Below are positions 9,227 to 18,633 of a stretch of DNA of 45,332 nt, piece after piece. The DNA comes from a virus (lineage: Duplodnaviria; Caudoviricetes): positions 1 through 45,332 of the IMG/VR virus record IMGVR_UViG_3300029822_000020; one strand, given 5' to 3'. The notes under the pieces were generated by a model, which was given only the letters and a program-made list of their open reading frames with translations, had not been told where the DNA came from and ran no database searches. The position numbers were made by a program, and so were the translations under genes. Numbering within the stretch: the stretch's first letter is position 1; every line of letters starts with the position of its first letter.

Positions 9227-9460
9227 ATGTTTAAGCTGACTATCAATCCGTCACAGTACGCTAAAGACAACCTGATACGATACGAGGACTTAATGAGTGG
9301 TGAGCACTTCGAAGCTAACAAGCTAAAAGTATTAGAGCGTTTCAAAATTAACGCCACTAGTAATGCTTTCGCACACATGACTAAGATGCAAGCAGACCTT
9401 TATGTGTTCTCGGAGGATGAACTAAAAGCTTTCGTGAAAAACATAAGGGGAAAAGGTTGA
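9227..9460 (+). CDS. hypothetical protein
   Basis: GAGGG RBS; abuts the upstream stop. Confidence 0.65.
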   Translation: MFKLTINPSQYAKDNLIRYEDLMSGEHFEANKLKVLERFKINATSNAFAHMTKMQADLYVFSEDELKAFVKNIRGKG

Positions 9461-9485
9461 CACAGTAAAAAGGTTATGTTAGTAT
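9457..9485 (+). promoter_or_regulatory. sigmaA-type promoter for the recombination module
   Basis: TTGACA-17-TAGTAT with TG extension. Confidence 0.7.
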
Positions 9486-9517
9486 TACAATATTCTAATT
9501 GACAGGGGGACACAACG

Positions 9518-9949
9518 ATGTCTGTAGACTACAACATACAAACTATGCTACGTGAGTCTAAAGGTAATGGTCTTTTCAATAAGATGCGTAGCTTGAAGAG
9601 TCAAATTGCTTCAATGAATGACCAGTTAGAGAGCGTGATGGACGACCTAATTTCCGTAGTTGAGAAGGAAGGAAAAGTGGTGGCGCATGTAGACGGCGAA
9701 GTTCTACCTTACATTCTTACTGTTAAACCTTCAGAGCGTAGCGTATTAGACAAGAAGGAGCTAGCTGACAACTTAGGTGTGACAGAAAGTGTACTGAATA
9801 CGAAAGGATTTGTGGAGCTTGCTAACGAGAAAAAGGTAACACCGCAAATGATAGAGGAGTACAGTTACAAACAGCCTAGCAAGCGTTTAAGCGTTCGTAA
9901 GGCAAAGAAATCTGACTTAGAAATGATTTATATTAGGGGGAAACAATGA
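9518..9949 (+). CDS. hypothetical protein
   Basis: AGGGGG RBS. Confidence 0.8.
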   Translation: MSVDYNIQTMLRESKGNGLFNKMRSLKSQIASMNDQLESVMDDLISVVEKEGKVVAHVDGEVLPYILTVKPSERSVLDKKELADNLGVTESVLNTKGFVELANEKKVTPQMIEEYSYKQPSKRLSVRKAKKSDLEMIYIRGKQ

Positions 9950-10119
9950 TGACAGAAAAAGAAGATATCAAGTATGTCCAAACAACACTATCACCAAAGG
10001 CAGCACAAGCGTTGAAAATATACGTTGCAGTGAACGGTATTCCAAATCAGCGTGAGTGGTTACGTGATTTAATATTACAGACCATCGACTACAAGGAGGA
10101 AAATAACAATGCTGAATAA
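9946..10119 (+). CDS. 57-aa putative ribbon-helix-helix DNA-binding protein, absent from the ORF track
   Basis: MMTEKEDIKYVQTTLSPKAAQALKIYVAVNGIPNQREWLRDLILQTI… shows a beta-strand/helix/G-turn/helix pattern; AGGGGG RBS. Confidence 0.6.
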   Translation: MMTEKEDIKYVQTTLSPKAAQALKIYVAVNGIPNQREWLRDLILQTIDYKEENNNAE

Positions 10120-10618
10120 ATTAACACTTAGCGATTACACCGAAGACATGATTAGCATAATAGCTCGACTTGAAGACTGTGAAGGTGATGAAGAAGCGCT
10201 ATACGATACGTTAGAAGCAATTGGCGAAATGGCTGACGACAAGCTAGAAGCGATTCTGTACCACATGGACGAAATTTTAAGTCGTGCTAAGTTCCTGAAG
10301 GAAAAAGCTAAGGCTCTTGACGAGGCGGCAAAGGTGTTAGTAAATAAGCACGCTAGATTGCATAACTACGTAGCACATCATTTAAAAGCTACAGGTCAGG
10401 ACAAGAAAGCTAAAACGGTAGGCATATACAAACTATCGTTCCGTAAAGGTTCGAAGTCTACAGAGGTGGACGAATCTTTACTACCTGCACAATATTTCAT
10501 TCCGCAAGAACCTAAACCTATGAGCAAAACAGAGCTAAAGGCTTTAGTTGAAGGCGGTACAGAAATAGCAGGTGTAAAGATAGTAACAGGTGAACCATCA
10601 TTACAAATTAAAATGTAA
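10109..10618 (+). CDS. Siphovirus Gp157 family protein
   Basis: ALYDTLEAI N-terminal region, coiled coil, and C-terminal LKALVEGGTEIAGVKIV…SLQIK. Confidence 0.85.
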   Translation: MLNKLTLSDYTEDMISIIARLEDCEGDEEALYDTLEAIGEMADDKLEAILYHMDEILSRAKFLKEKAKALDEAAKVLVNKHARLHNYVAHHLKATGQDKKAKTVGIYKLSFRKGSKSTEVDESLLPAQYFIPQEPKPMSKTELKALVEGGTEIAGVKIVTGEPSLQIKM

Positions 10619-10636
10619 ACACAGGGGGAATAGAGA

Positions 10637-11014
10637 ATGGCAAAGTTAATTGTTGATAAAGACATTGGAGCAGGGCTTAAAGAGCTTTTCAATCAGTACG
10701 TCCCTGATTATCCAAAAAGTAGAGACTTTATATTAGAAACTCATGCCAAAGTGATTAGTTTAACGTGCACGCCTTGGAAGGGTGAGAACTGGAAGTACCT
10801 GAATGGATTGTCAATGGCACAAATGGCGCAAGCAGTTTTCGAAGGGTTCGAGGTAGAGAAAGCACCGTTAGAAAAGCTAGAGTATTTCGAGAAATATCAT
10901 ACAGACCTAGACGTATGTGTGGATGACTATGTTAGTGGCGTAAAGGCGACAATAAAATTCTTTAAAGAAAATTTTGAAATTAAAGGGGTTAACGACGATG
11001 TACAATCAAAATAA
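10637..11014 (+). CDS. hypothetical protein (DUF1642-like)
   Basis: MAQAVFEGFEVEK motif; AGGGGG RBS. Confidence 0.6.
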   Translation: MAKLIVDKDIGAGLKELFNQYVPDYPKSRDFILETHAKVISLTCTPWKGENWKYLNGLSMAQMAQAVFEGFEVEKAPLEKLEYFEKYHTDLDVCVDDYVSGVKATIKFFKENFEIKGVNDDVQSK

Positions 11015-12002
11015 TTTTAATGACATTCAGATAGGTGATGCAGTACGTGAAAAACTGATCGGTGCTATTATGTTACAGGCTCCTTCAGGTGCAGGAAAGA
11101 CAACAGGGGCACTCATTATAGCATTCGGTATGATGCGAGCTAAGTACCCTGACTTGCCTGAAAACGAAGTGTGGGGAAAGATTGCCGTAATCGACACAGA
11201 GCATCGACGTGCCTTAGTTAACGTGAACATGCTAAAAGGCGACGTGAAAATTGGTGTATTCAAGCATATTCCATTAGGTAAGCCGTACAGTGTAGACCGC
11301 TTAGTTTTTGCACTAGGACTAGCTCATAATCAGCAATGTGAAGTAGCGATCATTGACTCAACTTCTCACTTTTGGGAAGGAGAAGGTGGCATAATGGACT
11401 ATCAGCAAGAGCTAGGTGGTCGCTTCCAAGACTGGAAAGAAGCCAACAAAGAAATGTACTACCCTTTCATTGACGCAGTAACAGGTGTAACACACGAAAT
11501 GCATATCATTAACACAGCTCGTACAAAACAAGAGCACGTTATGGATATCGACGAGGACACAGGAAAACGTGTAGTTAAGAAGCTAGGCTTGAAACCTGTA
11601 CAGCGTGACTCACTAGAGTACGAGTTCCAAGTAGTGTTCAATATCGACATGGAGCACAAAGCTAGAGTATCTAAGGACAATAGCGGGCTATTCTTAGGTA
11701 TGAGTAAAACGTTAACTACAGAGCATGGCAAGCTGTTATACCAATGGCTAGATGAAGGTAAAGACATTATCGCAGAGCGCCAAGCTGAAGCTGCTAGATT
11801 AGAAGAACAGCGTATTGGACTAGCTATGGATATTAAAGCGCAGGCTGAAAGCTTTGGTCTTACTATATGGCTAGGACAAGTGACGGCGCACCCGTATTTC
11901 GGTTCAGATGTTGAGCTTCTACCGTTGGACAAGTTAGAAGAAATCAGAGTACAACTACAAAAACAGATGGAGGCTATGGAACAAAATGCCCAAAACAGCT
12001 AA
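10998..12002 (+). CDS. AAA_24 / Sak4-like ssDNA annealing ATPase (start revised to 10998)
   Basis: APSGAGKT Walker A, IDTE, IIDSTSHFWEGEGG and EYEF motifs; located between Gp157 and SSB. Confidence 0.85.
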   Translation: MYNQNNFNDIQIGDAVREKLIGAIMLQAPSGAGKTTGALIIAFGMMRAKYPDLPENEVWGKIAVIDTEHRRALVNVNMLKGDVKIGVFKHIPLGKPYSVDRLVFALGLAHNQQCEVAIIDSTSHFWEGEGGIMDYQQELGGRFQDWKEANKEMYYPFIDAVTGVTHEMHIINTARTKQEHVMDIDEDTGKRVVKKLGLKPVQRDSLEYEFQVVFNIDMEHKARVSKDNSGLFLGMSKTLTTEHGKLLYQWLDEGKDIIAERQAEAARLEEQRIGLAMDIKAQAESFGLTIWLGQVTAHPYFGSDVELLPLDKLEEIRVQLQKQMEAMEQNAQNS

Positions 12003-12171
12003 ATTTACAATTATGTTGACACCTGAAGGTGTTTCGAGTAATATGGTGTTAGAGAACATTGACCCTAACGAAGCGGTTGCTATCTTAGTTCAAGGTTCGG
12101 AGCGTTTAACGAAAGAAATTTACAACAAAGCTGAATTACAAATTACAAAAGACGAAAAGGGGAATAACTAA
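11986..12171 (+). CDS. hypothetical protein
   Basis: Fills the gap between Sak4-like and SSB genes. Confidence 0.6.
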   Translation: MPKTAKFTIMLTPEGVSSNMVLENIDPNEAVAILVQGSERLTKEIYNKAELQITKDEKGNN

Positions 12172-12172
12172 C

Positions 12173-12832
12173 ATGCTAAAATTTAACAAAGAAAAAATGG
12201 GTTCACAAGGAAACTTCGAATTACTACCTGACGGCAACTACGAGGTATTCATTGAGTCGGCAAAGTTCGGAAAGGCATCTACAGGCACAGAAGGTGTAAA
12301 AATGGTGCTACTAGTACGTAAAGATGTAGAAGGACAAGAGTTCGGTGGACGTAAGCTATGGCACGATATTTGGTATACGGAAGCTTCAGAGTTCAACCTT
12401 CACAACTTACTGGGAGCAGTTAACACACCTGAAGACCATGCAGGGTTCAACGACTTAAAAGAAGTAGCAGCGTACGTAGAAGGTAAAGCAATGAAAGTAA
12501 CTGTAGGTACTCGTAAAGGTTCAGGAAAATGGGCAGGAAATGTGTATCAGGACATTAAAGCAATGCTTCCGTCAGATGTTGGAGGTGGACGAGTTGACTC
12601 TCCATTCGCTTCAGGTGGAGCTTCAGGCGACCCATTCGCTAATGCGAGTGCAAGCGTAGGACAAGCACCACCTGCACCACCTGCACCGCCTACACAAACA
12701 CAGTACGCACCGACGTACAATGGGAAATCTCAAGGCACTCCACCGCCTGCTATACAACAAAATGTACACGATGACCCATTTGCTAATACGAAAGCACCGA
12801 TCGAAGTATCAGAAGATGATTTACCATTCTAA
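12173..12832 (+). CDS. ssb: ssDNA-binding protein, DUF669-like
   Basis: LPDGNYEVFI N-terminus; Pro/Gly linker; acidic EDDLPF tail like bacterial SSB. Confidence 0.85.
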   Translation: MLKFNKEKMGSQGNFELLPDGNYEVFIESAKFGKASTGTEGVKMVLLVRKDVEGQEFGGRKLWHDIWYTEASEFNLHNLLGAVNTPEDHAGFNDLKEVAAYVEGKAMKVTVGTRKGSGKWAGNVYQDIKAMLPSDVGGGRVDSPFASGGASGDPFANASASVGQAPPAPPAPPTQTQYAPTYNGKSQGTPPPAIQQNVHDDPFANTKAPIEVSEDDLPF

Positions 12833-12841
12833 AAAGTAATT

Positions 12842-12867
12842 GAGGGCGAAAGCCCTCTTTTATTTTT
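12842..12867 (+). terminator. intrinsic terminator
   Basis: GAGGGC-GAAA-GCCCTC followed by TTTTATTTTT. Confidence 0.85.
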
Positions 12868-12882
12868 ACATAAAGTAATGAA

Positions 12883-12911
12883 TTGACATTACAGGAAAAA
12901 CAAGTTAAAGT
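12883..12911 (+). promoter_or_regulatory. sigmaA-type promoter for replication genes
   Basis: TTGACA-17-TAAAGT directly after the terminator. Confidence 0.6.
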
Positions 12912-12946
12912 TAGGAGAGCAAATTATGGCAGGAGGAAATACACAG

Positions 12947-13282
12947 ATGAATGAAAAACAATTGGAGCACTTAAACCACCCATTCTATAAAGATGCTGAA
13001 AAATACAGAGAAGATGTACGCAAAGGTCAGATACTGAAAGGTGCTGAAAAGTACCCTAAGCCGTTCAGTCCTAAAGATTGGACAGCTAGGGAATTACTTT
13101 TACATGCAATGCAGGAAAACGTTGACCAAGCACACTATATTGTCGGCTTAGCTGAAAAACTAGAAGAATATGAGGCACTAATCGTGATTTACAAAGAAGC
13201 TTTAAGGTATTACGCTAAGTACGACCATTCTCATTTTGATGACACGCAGGTAGCTAGAGAGGCGCTAGGATTGGAGGATTAG
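12947..13282 (+). CDS. hypothetical protein, possible all-alpha NTP-pyrophosphatase-like fold
   Basis: AGGAGG RBS before ATG 12947; KGAEKY…HAMQENVDQAHY motif. Confidence 0.55.
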   Translation: MNEKQLEHLNHPFYKDAEKYREDVRKGQILKGAEKYPKPFSPKDWTARELLLHAMQENVDQAHYIVGLAEKLEEYEALIVIYKEALRYYAKYDHSHFDDTQVAREALGLED

Positions 13283-13285
13283 GCT

Positions 13286-16072
13286 ATGAAGTTCTTTACT
13301 AAGTTTTTCGGCTTAGATAAACAAGACACGATGGACAACGGCGAATACGCAGTACTTTGTCCATTCCCTCATAAAGACCACAACGGGAATTTCTACACAG
13401 AAACTAATGCATCGGCTCATATCAATCCTGAACGTGCAGTGTACCACTGTAAAACATGTGCTAAAGGTTATTCAGAAGCAGCATTCATACAAAAAATAGA
13501 GGGCGTATCTTACAAGGATGCGCTCAAAACTATTAAAATGATGGAAGATGACATAATTAGCGGAGACTGGGCACAGCATGTAGCTAACTTGAAATCTAGC
13601 CCGCTTATGGCATTAGTTGAGCGCTTAGGTCTAACAAGCGTTGTAGATACGCTTCAGCTAGGAACATTAGGTGACGGTATAGAGTTCCCTGTATTCATGT
13701 ATGGTGAACTAATGGACATTCGTACCTACAGACCTGAAGCAAAGAACAAAGTTATGGGACGTCCTCACAGTACTAACCTGATAGTTCCATTCGATCTTTG
13801 GCGTAAAAACGAACAGCCTACTATACTAGCAGCGGGCGAAAAGGACATGGCAATCCTTCGAGCGCACCACTTCAATGCTATAACATTCACAGGAGGCGAA
13901 CAGTCGTTCCCTAAATTATTCAAAGCGTCATTTAAAAATCGTGACATTTACATAATGTACGACAATGACGATGCAGGTAAAGAAGGAGCAAAGAAAGCGG
14001 CGCACTTTATTAAAGAAGCAGGCGGACGACCGCACATTATAACAGGACACTACGAAGTATGTACTGAAAAAGGTGAGGACGTTTGGGACTTCTTCATGAA
14101 ATATGGCAAGTCAGGAGCCGACATTGTTAAGCTAATGTCTGAAACGCCTGAAGCTGACGGAAAATTACTAGAAGAAGTTAAAAATACAGTTGTACCTATG
14201 GTAACTATCGGTAAATCAGGCGAAGGGCAATTCATTAACAAACGTTTCGTTAGGTCTAATGCTAGTGTTTTATCAATCTTTGAGGAATCATATAGCGTTC
14301 CTGAATATGTAGTGTTTACTAAAACAGCTATAGAAGAAGGAGAGAACACGGTATTTTCTGTAGGCGATACAGTAGAGTGGACACTGGACGATGATAACTT
14401 ACAAGAAATGCTATACCTGATTGACGGTAATGTAACAGAGGCTAAACGTGATAAAGAACTACGCAGAATATGCGGTATATCTAAGGAAAACAATATGTCT
14501 ATGAAAATACTATCGTCTGTTAATGTTTCAAAGAGTATGATTTCTGATATTTTAAATACAACAGTGGACGAGGTTAGCGTACAACAACTACTAGTCTACT
14601 CTATCAATGAGAAGCTGTTAGCAGGCAAGAAGTACGAAGTGACTTACAAGCCTGTATCGCACCCACTAGACGGGATGAAGGTTGTAGGCATAGTAAAGAA
14701 GCTAGAGGAATCAAATTCTGACTTAGCTAACTTCGTAGTTAATGACGAAGTGAAAAAGTCAATGCGTGTGTTCCAAGTGGAGCCTATGCACACAGTTAAT
14801 GACAAGATGCAAGAACTGTTCCAACGCTCTAAAGGCTTCATAGGTGTAGAGGCTAGGAAAGAAGTTATGTTTGCATCTGATATGTTCTACCATACGCCTC
14901 TAGAGTTCAAAATAGGAAGCAGGAAAGAACGTGCCTACTTAGATATTATGATCGTTGGAGACCCTCGTACGATGAAATCTGCTACAGCTAAGGCTATGAA
15001 GAATATGTACGAGTTAGGAACTGTAACATCGTTGAAAACAGCTTCAGCAGGTGGTCTTATAGGTGGCTCCGATAAAGTAGGAGGCTCGTATAAAACTAAA
15101 GTAGGATTACTTCCACAGAATCACAAAGGCGCTGTTATCATGGAAGAATTTTCAGGCGGTATTAAGAACGGTATCGTGTCACAGCTAACGGAAATACGTT
15201 CATCTAACCGTGTCCGTATACTTCGTGTAGACGGTCATACGGACGTTCCTGCAATGGTTCGTATGCTTTCAATCTCTAACCCTGCAACTAAAGGGAAAGT
15301 ATCCTTAGGTCTGAACCAGTACCCATCAGGCGTGAACGTTATCCTTGACTTGGTAGGAGCATCGGAAGATATAGCACGTTATGACTTCTTCTTACTAGTT
15401 AATGAAGTAGGAGAGTATACTAATCCTTTGGATATGTTCGAACTAGAGCCTTATGCGAAAGAAGATTATATGAATCGTGTTAGGTGGGTGTGGTCTAGAA
15501 CGGCTGAACAGGTTAACATCTCACAAGAGGTTGCACAGTATGTATGGCAGATGTCTCAAAAGCTTAACGACAAGTACGACTGTCATATCAAACTATTCGG
15601 TGCAGAGGCATGGAAGAAGCTACTACGAATCGCAATCAGTGTAGCGGGACAAGTTTGCTCGACTGACGAGACATTCGAAAACCTAGTAGTTACAAACGAA
15701 CATGTGAACTTCGCATATAAGTTCATGATTGCGTTGTATGACAACGATCTTTTTAAACTGAAGAACTATGTAGACAACGAGCGCTCTTACAGCATATGCC
15801 GTCCTGTAGATGTACAAGCACTACAAGATATTTATACGGTAAACGAAGCTGTACTTAACGAAATGGAAATCAGTACAGACATGACACAAAAACAACTACA
15901 GCTAGTCAGTGGTTTAGAAAATAAAGAATTTGCTGCCTTAGTTTCAAGGCTAGGCGCTTCAAGGTTCATCCAATGGCAAGGCGAAAAGGTTGTACCTACA
16001 GGGAAATTCAGACAAGCTATGAAGCAAATTAATAGACAGTCGTTTTTAAAGCGACCTAGCGAGAGGGTGTAA
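13286..16072 (+). CDS. primase-helicase: Zn finger + TOPRIM + MCM-like AAA+ helicase
   Basis: CPFPH…CKTC; AGEKD and YDNDDAG (TOPRIM); MCM-like VGDPRTMKS, ASAGGL, VIMEEF, SNP and ARYD. Confidence 0.85.
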   Translation: MKFFTKFFGLDKQDTMDNGEYAVLCPFPHKDHNGNFYTETNASAHINPERAVYHCKTCAKGYSEAAFIQKIEGVSYKDALKTIKMMEDDIISGDWAQHVANLKSSPLMALVERLGLTSVVDTLQLGTLGDGIEFPVFMYGELMDIRTYRPEAKNKVMGRPHSTNLIVPFDLWRKNEQPTILAAGEKDMAILRAHHFNAITFTGGEQSFPKLFKASFKNRDIYIMYDNDDAGKEGAKKAAHFIKEAGGRPHIITGHYEVCTEKGEDVWDFFMKYGKSGADIVKLMSETPEADGKLLEEVKNTVVPMVTIGKSGEGQFINKRFVRSNASVLSIFEESYSVPEYVVFTKTAIEEGENTVFSVGDTVEWTLDDDNLQEMLYLIDGNVTEAKRDKELRRICGISKENNMSMKILSSVNVSKSMISDILNTTVDEVSVQQLLVYSINEKLLAGKKYEVTYKPVSHPLDGMKVVGIVKKLEESNSDLANFVVNDEVKKSMRVFQVEPMHTVNDKMQELFQRSKGFIGVEARKEVMFASDMFYHTPLEFKIGSRKERAYLDIMIVGDPRTMKSATAKAMKNMYELGTVTSLKTASAGGLIGGSDKVGGSYKTKVGLLPQNHKGAVIMEEFSGGIKNGIVSQLTEIRSSNRVRILRVDGHTDVPAMVRMLSISNPATKGKVSLGLNQYPSGVNVILDLVGASEDIARYDFFLLVNEVGEYTNPLDMFELEPYAKEDYMNRVRWVWSRTAEQVNISQEVAQYVWQMSQKLNDKYDCHIKLFGAEAWKKLLRIAISVAGQVCSTDETFENLVVTNEHVNFAYKFMIALYDNDLFKLKNYVDNERSYSICRPVDVQALQDIYTVNEAVLNEMEISTDMTQKQLQLVSGLENKEFAALVSRLGASRFIQWQGEKVVPTGKFRQAMKQINRQSFLKRPSERV

Positions 16073-16075
16073 CAG

Positions 16076-16435
16076 ATGGGAAAAGTTCAAAAACGGTGGA
16101 CAGAATTAGAGATTGAGTTATTGAAGATGTTTCACAAAGAATGTACGTACAAAGAAATAGGAGAGGCTCTAGGACGCTCACAGCATTCAGTATACGCTCA
16201 ATGTTACGGCATGGGTATTAAATGCCCACGACCTAGAAGCAAGTACCTGAACATCTACAGGCTGTACGTACAGGGCGAAGAAGTTGACAGAGGAACAGTA
16301 GCAGAACTTTCAGAAAAACACGGCTACAAGAAGTCACAGTTATATACGGCAGCTAACAGAGGCAACCTGTACGACTTAGGTATGGGCGCTAAACATAAAT
16401 TAATGCTTATTTACAGAGACCACGACCAAGTATAG
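16076..16435 (+). CDS. double HTH (Myb-like + HTH) DNA-binding protein
   Basis: WTELEIELLK…YKEIGEALGRSQHSV; second unit GTVAELSEKHGYK. Confidence 0.7.
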   Translation: MGKVQKRWTELEIELLKMFHKECTYKEIGEALGRSQHSVYAQCYGMGIKCPRPRSKYLNIYRLYVQGEEVDRGTVAELSEKHGYKKSQLYTAANRGNLYDLGMGAKHKLMLIYRDHDQV

Positions 16436-16446
16436 GGGGAATAGAG

Positions 16447-18633
16447 ATGAAAGCATACGGAGGGTATAGTAATCCATACGATGACTGGACATATCAGTTC
16501 ATAACTGACCCTGTAATTATGTGGAACCGTTTTGAGAAGGACAAGCCAAAATCTGTAGGTTCTGACACTGAATCTACAGGTCTTCACATAATTAAGGATA
16601 AGCCTTTCTTGATACAGCTAGGATGGTCGAATACTAAAATAGTATTCTTGTTCTCTCCTACACCTGACATGATGGATATGTACTTCAAAATATCATCTAA
16701 GGTAAAATGGCACTTCCTGCACAATCTTAAATACGACTTACACATGATGACTAATATCGGTTACGGTAAGGAAGTACAGGCACAAACGAATTGGTGTGAT
16801 AGCATGGCTGTGATGCGCTTAGTTCTAGAAGCACTTTCTCCACGTAATGGAGGGGACAAGCTAGGATTGAAGGGCTTAGGAGTTAAGTACATTCATGAGT
16901 ACGCTAACAATAGTGAAAAGCTGATAGACGAGGAAATGACGAAGCTACGTAAGACACGCAACAAGATACTGGCTACAGCGTTAAAACAGTTCCCTATTGA
17001 TGGACAGTTGACAGCTACAGGTCGTCAGAAGTATTGGGGCGTTGGAGCTATTGAGGAGTTCGTAAAAGATATTATGAACGAGGTTTCCGACCTTCCTGAA
17101 GATGTTAGAGAACTATGGCAAGCTTGGGAGGAGGAATATCCTGAACCTACGTACGCTGATATTGATAGAGAGCTTATGCATCGTTATGCGGGCGAAGATA
17201 TAGCTACTATGCTTATGCTTATGGAACAAGCTATGCCTGTTCTAATACAACGTCAGCAGAGAGAAACCCTTGAACGTGAGCGCAAATGTCTGCTACCTCT
17301 GTATAGAATGGAGCGCAGAGGTCTTAAAGTAGATTGGAATTACCTGTACGAGTCAAAGCGCAAGCTAAAGGCTTACATTATAAGTAAGCGTCACGAACTA
17401 TATGAGGTTGCAGGTATAGTTATCAAGCCGTCTCAATCTAAAGCGATCGTTAAGCTGTTTGAGGAAAAGTGGGACTTATTCCTAGAATCATCTGACAAGC
17501 AGGCTATGAAGCAAGTAATAGATAACTTCGAAGGTGCGCCTAAACGCTTCGCACAACTCATTAACATTCTTAGAACGGCTGAAAAATGGTACTCTACTTA
17601 CATTGTACGAATTGAGCAGTCAGCTAAGTATGACGGTAAGGCTTACACGCAGATTAACTCGACAGGTGCTATTTCAGGTCGTATGTCGTCAGATTTCCAA
17701 CAGTTCCCTAAAGGGGCTATCGAGGACGAGGACGGTGTAGAAATATTCGTACCTCGTAGAATGTTCCAAGTTGCGTATGACGAGTACGTGGCTGTCTATA
17801 TCGACTATGACCAAATTGAGCTAGTAGGGCAATCTCATTACTGTGTAAAGATGGGAGCTAAAGGGGTTAACTTACCACGTGCATACATGCCCTATAAGTG
17901 CCACCACTATATAACGGGTGAGGAATACGACTACAAAACAGACGAAGGACGAGCTAGACACACAGAAAAGCAGGCTAATAATCCTGAACTGTCTGCTTGG
18001 CTTATGGAAGATGGGACACCTTGGGTTAAAACGGACATGCACACACTGACGGCATCTAACGCCTACCCTCACATTCCTGTAGATAGTGACGACTTTAAAA
18101 AGAACTACAGACCTAAAGGGAAAACGACGAACTTCGCACTTAACTATGGTGGTAAAGAAGGGGCTCTAATGGCTCCGCTATCCATTGACTTCGAGGAGGC
18201 TTCTAAGCTTGTTACAGCGTACGAGGCGTCATATCCTGAAGTTATTGCCTATCAGCATGGCATTGTAGAAGCTCATGCACGTAAAGGATACATCGTTAAC
18301 CATTACGGCAGACGCTACTACTTGTCAGATAACAGTTTAGCCTACACCTTAGCTAATGCGGCTGTGCAAGGAAGTTGTGCAGATGCGTTGAAAGAAGCGA
18401 TCATTAAGCTAGACAAGTACATCTTAGATAATCAGCTACTTAGCTACTTAGTTATGCCGATACATGACGAACAATCGTTCGGTGTCCACCGTTCTGAAAT
18501 GTGGATTATTGAAAAACTATTAGAAATCATGGAATCTGTGTTCTCATGGTCGTTAGTTCCTGCAACGGCAGGCGTTGAAATATCTTATGATTATTGGTCA
18601 AACAAAAAAGATTGGGAGGGTCAAACAGCATGA
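16447..18633 (+). CDS. polA: family A DNA polymerase with 3'-5' exonuclease
   Basis: Exo I SDTESTGL, Exo II HNLKYD, Exo III YAGED; motif A DYDQIE, motif B RPKGKTTNFALNYG, motif C IHDE. Confidence 0.95.
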   Translation: MKAYGGYSNPYDDWTYQFITDPVIMWNRFEKDKPKSVGSDTESTGLHIIKDKPFLIQLGWSNTKIVFLFSPTPDMMDMYFKISSKVKWHFLHNLKYDLHMMTNIGYGKEVQAQTNWCDSMAVMRLVLEALSPRNGGDKLGLKGLGVKYIHEYANNSEKLIDEEMTKLRKTRNKILATALKQFPIDGQLTATGRQKYWGVGAIEEFVKDIMNEVSDLPEDVRELWQAWEEEYPEPTYADIDRELMHRYAGEDIATMLMLMEQAMPVLIQRQQRETLERERKCLLPLYRMERRGLKVDWNYLYESKRKLKAYIISKRHELYEVAGIVIKPSQSKAIVKLFEEKWDLFLESSDKQAMKQVIDNFEGAPKRFAQLINILRTAEKWYSTYIVRIEQSAKYDGKAYTQINSTGAISGRMSSDFQQFPKGAIEDEDGVEIFVPRRMFQVAYDEYVAVYIDYDQIELVGQSHYCVKMGAKGVNLPRAYMPYKCHHYITGEEYDYKTDEGRARHTEKQANNPELSAWLMEDGTPWVKTDMHTLTASNAYPHIPVDSDDFKKNYRPKGKTTNFALNYGGKEGALMAPLSIDFEEASKLVTAYEASYPEVIAYQHGIVEAHARKGYIVNHYGRRYYLSDNSLAYTLANAAVQGSCADALKEAIIKLDKYILDNQLLSYLVMPIHDEQSFGVHRSEMWIIEKLLEIMESVFSWSLVPATAGVEISYDYWSNKKDWEGQTA

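Noticed and set aside
13286-18633. Intein or group I intron in the primase-helicase or polymerase
   Set aside because: Both ORFs are continuous, with no intein splice-junction (C…HN) or LAGLIDADG motifs seen.
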